From the NCBI GenBank assembly GCA_038207335.1, contig JBBQZX010000007.1:32001-96000 (forward strand): a DNA stretch of 64,000 bases, given 5' to 3'. Both the position numbers and the translations under genes were made by a program. The notes below the pieces were generated by a model. The model made no database searches, was not told the origin of the DNA, and saw only the letters and a list, made by a program, of their open reading frames with translations. Source of the stretch: Chthoniobacterales bacterium. Its GTDB lineage: Bacteria; Verrucomicrobiota; Verrucomicrobiia; Chthoniobacterales; Chthoniobacteraceae. Shown piece after piece: positions 61,569 to 64,000 of this stretch. Positions within the stretch are counted from its first letter, which is position 1. Every line of letters begins with the position of its first letter.

Positions 61569-62018
61569 CTACTTCTCGTAGCTCACGCGGTCGTCCACTT
61601 CGAGCCAGTCGAAGAGAGTGCTCTTCGCCGGGTCGATGCCGACGGATTTGCATTGCTCCGAAAACCATTCACGCTTTTCGGGATTTCCGTACGGGCTGGT
61701 CGCCTCGACTGAAGCGCTCCATTGCTCCACTTCCTCCGCCGTTTTCGGTGTTCCGCTTTTGTCGAGCCACGCGGCAAGATCGTCATTGGACGCGCCGCTC
61801 TCGACCTGAGCCTTGAAGTCGTCGCCATTCACGCCTTTGAAATCGAAGAGCATGTTATCTAGCGGACAGTCGTAGTGGTATTCGCCGATATTGCCTCCGA
61901 GGAGGGCACGGCATTTATCGGCGGTGCGGGCGAGAATCGCGTATCCGCCGGTGCGGACGCGAGGGCTGGTTGCTGGTTCTTTGGTGAGGTCTTTGCCGGT
62001 GATGGTTTGTGTGCTCAT
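61569..62018 (-). CDS. DUF5069 family protein
   Basis: DLTKEP..SPR...GGY..LAR..DK.RA...G.IGEYHYDCPLD..LF.F.G...FDWLE.DD. Confidence 0.85.
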   Translation of the reverse strand: MSTQTITGKDLTKEPATSPRVRTGGYAILARTADKCRALLGGNIGEYHYDCPLDNMLFDFKGVNGDDFKAQVESGASNDDLAAWLDKSGTPKTAEEVEQWSASVEATSPYGNPEKREWFSEQCKSVGIDPAKSTLFDWLEVDDRVSYEK

Positions 62019-62091
62019 AGCGTTTTAAAGAGGTGGACAAACGATTCGTGCGCGAGCGACTGGCCGGTTGCCCCGTGGCCTCCTTCCCCTC

Positions 62092-63999
62092 TCAGGGCAG
62101 GATCACGGCGCGGTAAAATCGCATCGAGAGCGCCACCGCGCCCGGGTCGGTGATCGTCAGCGTCCCGCCCGTCCCGGCAAATTGATCGACGAGCGGCGCC
62201 CACGCGCCGCTCGCGAGCGAATCGCGCATTTCTAGGCGGTAGATTTTCCCGAGCACGCTCGGGAAGCTGATCGCCACATCGTTCACGGTCGTCGTGACAG
62301 ATCCGATCCGCATCGCGCTCGCGGAACTCTCAGGATCGGTGCCCGCGACGAACTCCTGAAAATTCGTCGTCCCATCGCCATCGCGATCGACTGCCGCGTC
62401 GTTGATTCCGGGATTCAGATGGTGCGCTGATTCGTAGATGTCGGGTATGCCGTCGCCGTCGGAGTCGGTCGTGGTCACGATGCGGGTCGTGGAAAAGGAC
62501 GACGTGTTTCCCGCGGGGCTCGTCGCGGTGGCGGTGATGAGTTGCCCGGCGGGAACGCTCGGCGCCAGCGGTGCGCTGAAGCTGGCGGTGCCCGAGCCAT
62601 TCGTATCGACGTCCATTCCGCCGAGGAAAACCGCTCCCTGACTTGTTCCCGGCGGGTTCGCGAAGAACTCGACACGGTAGATGCCAGCCGCCGCTGTGAG
62701 ATTTCCAGCCACCGTGGTCGTGAGTCCGAGCGTCGCGGAAGTCAGCGTCGGAGCGGCTTGAGAGGCGTTTGCGCTGCTGAAAAGTCCGATGCCGCCGCCG
62801 TTGTTCGCGTAGATCGAATTCGCGCGGATCGAGTTCTCGCTAGTCCCGGAATCGAAGAGCTGCACGCCACGCCCCGTGTTGCCGGCGACGATATTTCCGA
62901 GGCCGAGACCTTCGCCACCGATCGCGTTATTTTTCGGACCGCCGAAAAGCTGCACGCCCGCTTTATTGCCGATCGGCGCGGTCGCAGTCGCGTTCACCCC
63001 AATCGTGTTGCCTTGAATCGTGTTCAGATTCGTGCCCGTGCCGCTGAGTGAAATGCCTTCGCCGCCGTTGCCGGAGATCACGTTCCGCGCGCCGACGCCG
63101 CCCCCGATCTTGGTGAGCTGGGCACCGCTGTAGATGTCGATCCCCCGCCCTGTATTTCCGAGCGCGACGGTGCCGGTCGCATCGAGGCCGATGAAATTTC
63201 CCTGCACGAAATTTCCGTCCGTGCCCGCTTCAGAAATCGTCACGCCGCGATCGAGATTCGCGGAGATGACATTTCCCGCGCCGGGGACGACGCCGCCAAT
63301 CGAATTCGACGACGCGCCGGAAAAAATCGAGATGCCCGAAAAGGAGTTTGGCAACGCCGCCGTGCCGGCGAAGTCCGTGCCGATCTTGTTTCCAGCGATC
63401 ACATTTCCGGACGTGCCGACACTGCCGAGCGCGATGCCCTGGTTGCTGTTGCCGGAGATCAAATTTCCCGCGCCCGGCGCGACGCCACCGATCGTATTTC
63501 CCGATGCGCCGCTGAAGATGCCGATGCCAGCATACGCGTTGGGCCTCGCTGCAGTCCCGGCCGCATTCGTGCCAATGCGATTGCCCTGCACCGCGATCCC
63601 AGTCGCGCCGGAGTCGGCGAGATAAATGCCGTAACTCGCATTTCCCGAGATGACATTTCCCGCGCTCGCCACCGTGCCACCGATCGTCGCCGCCGTCGCG
63701 CCGCTGTAGATGCTCACGCCCGGCCCCATGTTTGGAGTCGCCGTTCCCGCCGCATTGAGGCCGATGACATTCCCCTGCAGAATCGTGCCGCCCGTCCCCG
63801 TGTCCGTGATCGCCACGCCCTCATTCGAGTTGCCCGCAATGACATTCCCCGCACCCGCCGCGGTGCCTCCGATGAGCGTCCCCTGCGCGCCGCCATAGAC
63901 CCCGATGCCCGCGTAGAAATTTGGCAGAGCGGTCATGCCTGCACTGTTGAGCCCGATGAAATTCCCACACACCACATTGCCCGTCGTTGCGGAGTCGTG
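62092..63999 (-). CDS. 5'-truncated surface protein with parallel beta-helix repeats and C-terminal DxDGDG module
   Basis: Six ~63-aa repeats (GNxIG...N...G...IGG...GNVISGN), Ig-like YRVEFFAN...TATATS..GNTS.FS, C-terminus RFYRAVILP; frame stays open to the window edge. Confidence 0.88.
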   Translation of the reverse strand, partial: HDSATTGNVVCGNFIGLNSAGMTALPNFYAGIGVYGGAQGTLIGGTAAGAGNVIAGNSNEGVAITDTGTGGTILQGNVIGLNAAGTATPNMGPGVSIYSGATAATIGGTVASAGNVISGNASYGIYLADSGATGIAVQGNRIGTNAAGTAARPNAYAGIGIFSGASGNTIGGVAPGAGNLISGNSNQGIALGSVGTSGNVIAGNKIGTDFAGTAALPNSFSGISIFSGASSNSIGGVVPGAGNVISANLDRGVTISEAGTDGNFVQGNFIGLDATGTVALGNTGRGIDIYSGAQLTKIGGGVGARNVISGNGGEGISLSGTGTNLNTIQGNTIGVNATATAPIGNKAGVQLFGGPKNNAIGGEGLGLGNIVAGNTGRGVQLFDSGTSENSIRANSIYANNGGGIGLFSSANASQAAPTLTSATLGLTTTVAGNLTAAAGIYRVEFFANPPGTSQGAVFLGGMDVDTNGSGTASFSAPLAPSVPAGQLITATATSPAGNTSSFSTTRIVTTTDSDGDGIPDIYESAHHLNPGINDAAVDRDGDGTTNFQEFVAGTDPESSASAMRIGSVTTTVNDVAISFPSVLGKIYRLEMRDSLASGAWAPLVDQFAGTGGTLTITDPGAVALSMRFYRAVILP

Positions 64000-64000
64000 G

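Overview
GC-rich bacterial chromosomal segment of about 54 protein-coding genes. Gene content (PSCyt/DUF1549-DUF1553, DUF1800-DUF1501, DUF5069, DUF1802, futalosine-pathway mqnD, plant-like leuC/leuD) suggests Verrucomicrobiota, probably Chthoniobacterales-like; this is an inference. Recognisable housekeeping genes are tgt, yciH/SUI1, ribD, leuC, leuD, ilvC, mqnD, recG, an HtrA protease, pepF, dgt, proB, a cardiolipin synthase and metH. I saw no rRNA, tRNA, CRISPR array, integrase or transposase. The best candidate for an undescribed system is 45.6-49.3 kb: a translationally coupled operon of an ATP-grasp ligase, phosphosulfolactate synthase (ComA) and a histidine phosphatase, divergent from a polysaccharide deacetylase, which may make sulfolactate and amide-link it to a deacetylated amino-sugar. 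Other points of interest: an exported tandem GlcG/HbpS protein paired with a large outer-membrane barrel; a solitary Firmicute-type dltB; two copies of a TTAGGA(A/T)-heptamer inverted-repeat element between divergent genes; a decayed gene at 5.4-5.7 kb missed by the ORF track; a perfect palindrome upstream of metH; several promoters implying near-leaderless mRNAs; and a C-terminal module shared by two surface proteins. Family assignments come from recognising motifs by eye, not from database searches, and several start codons are my best estimates.
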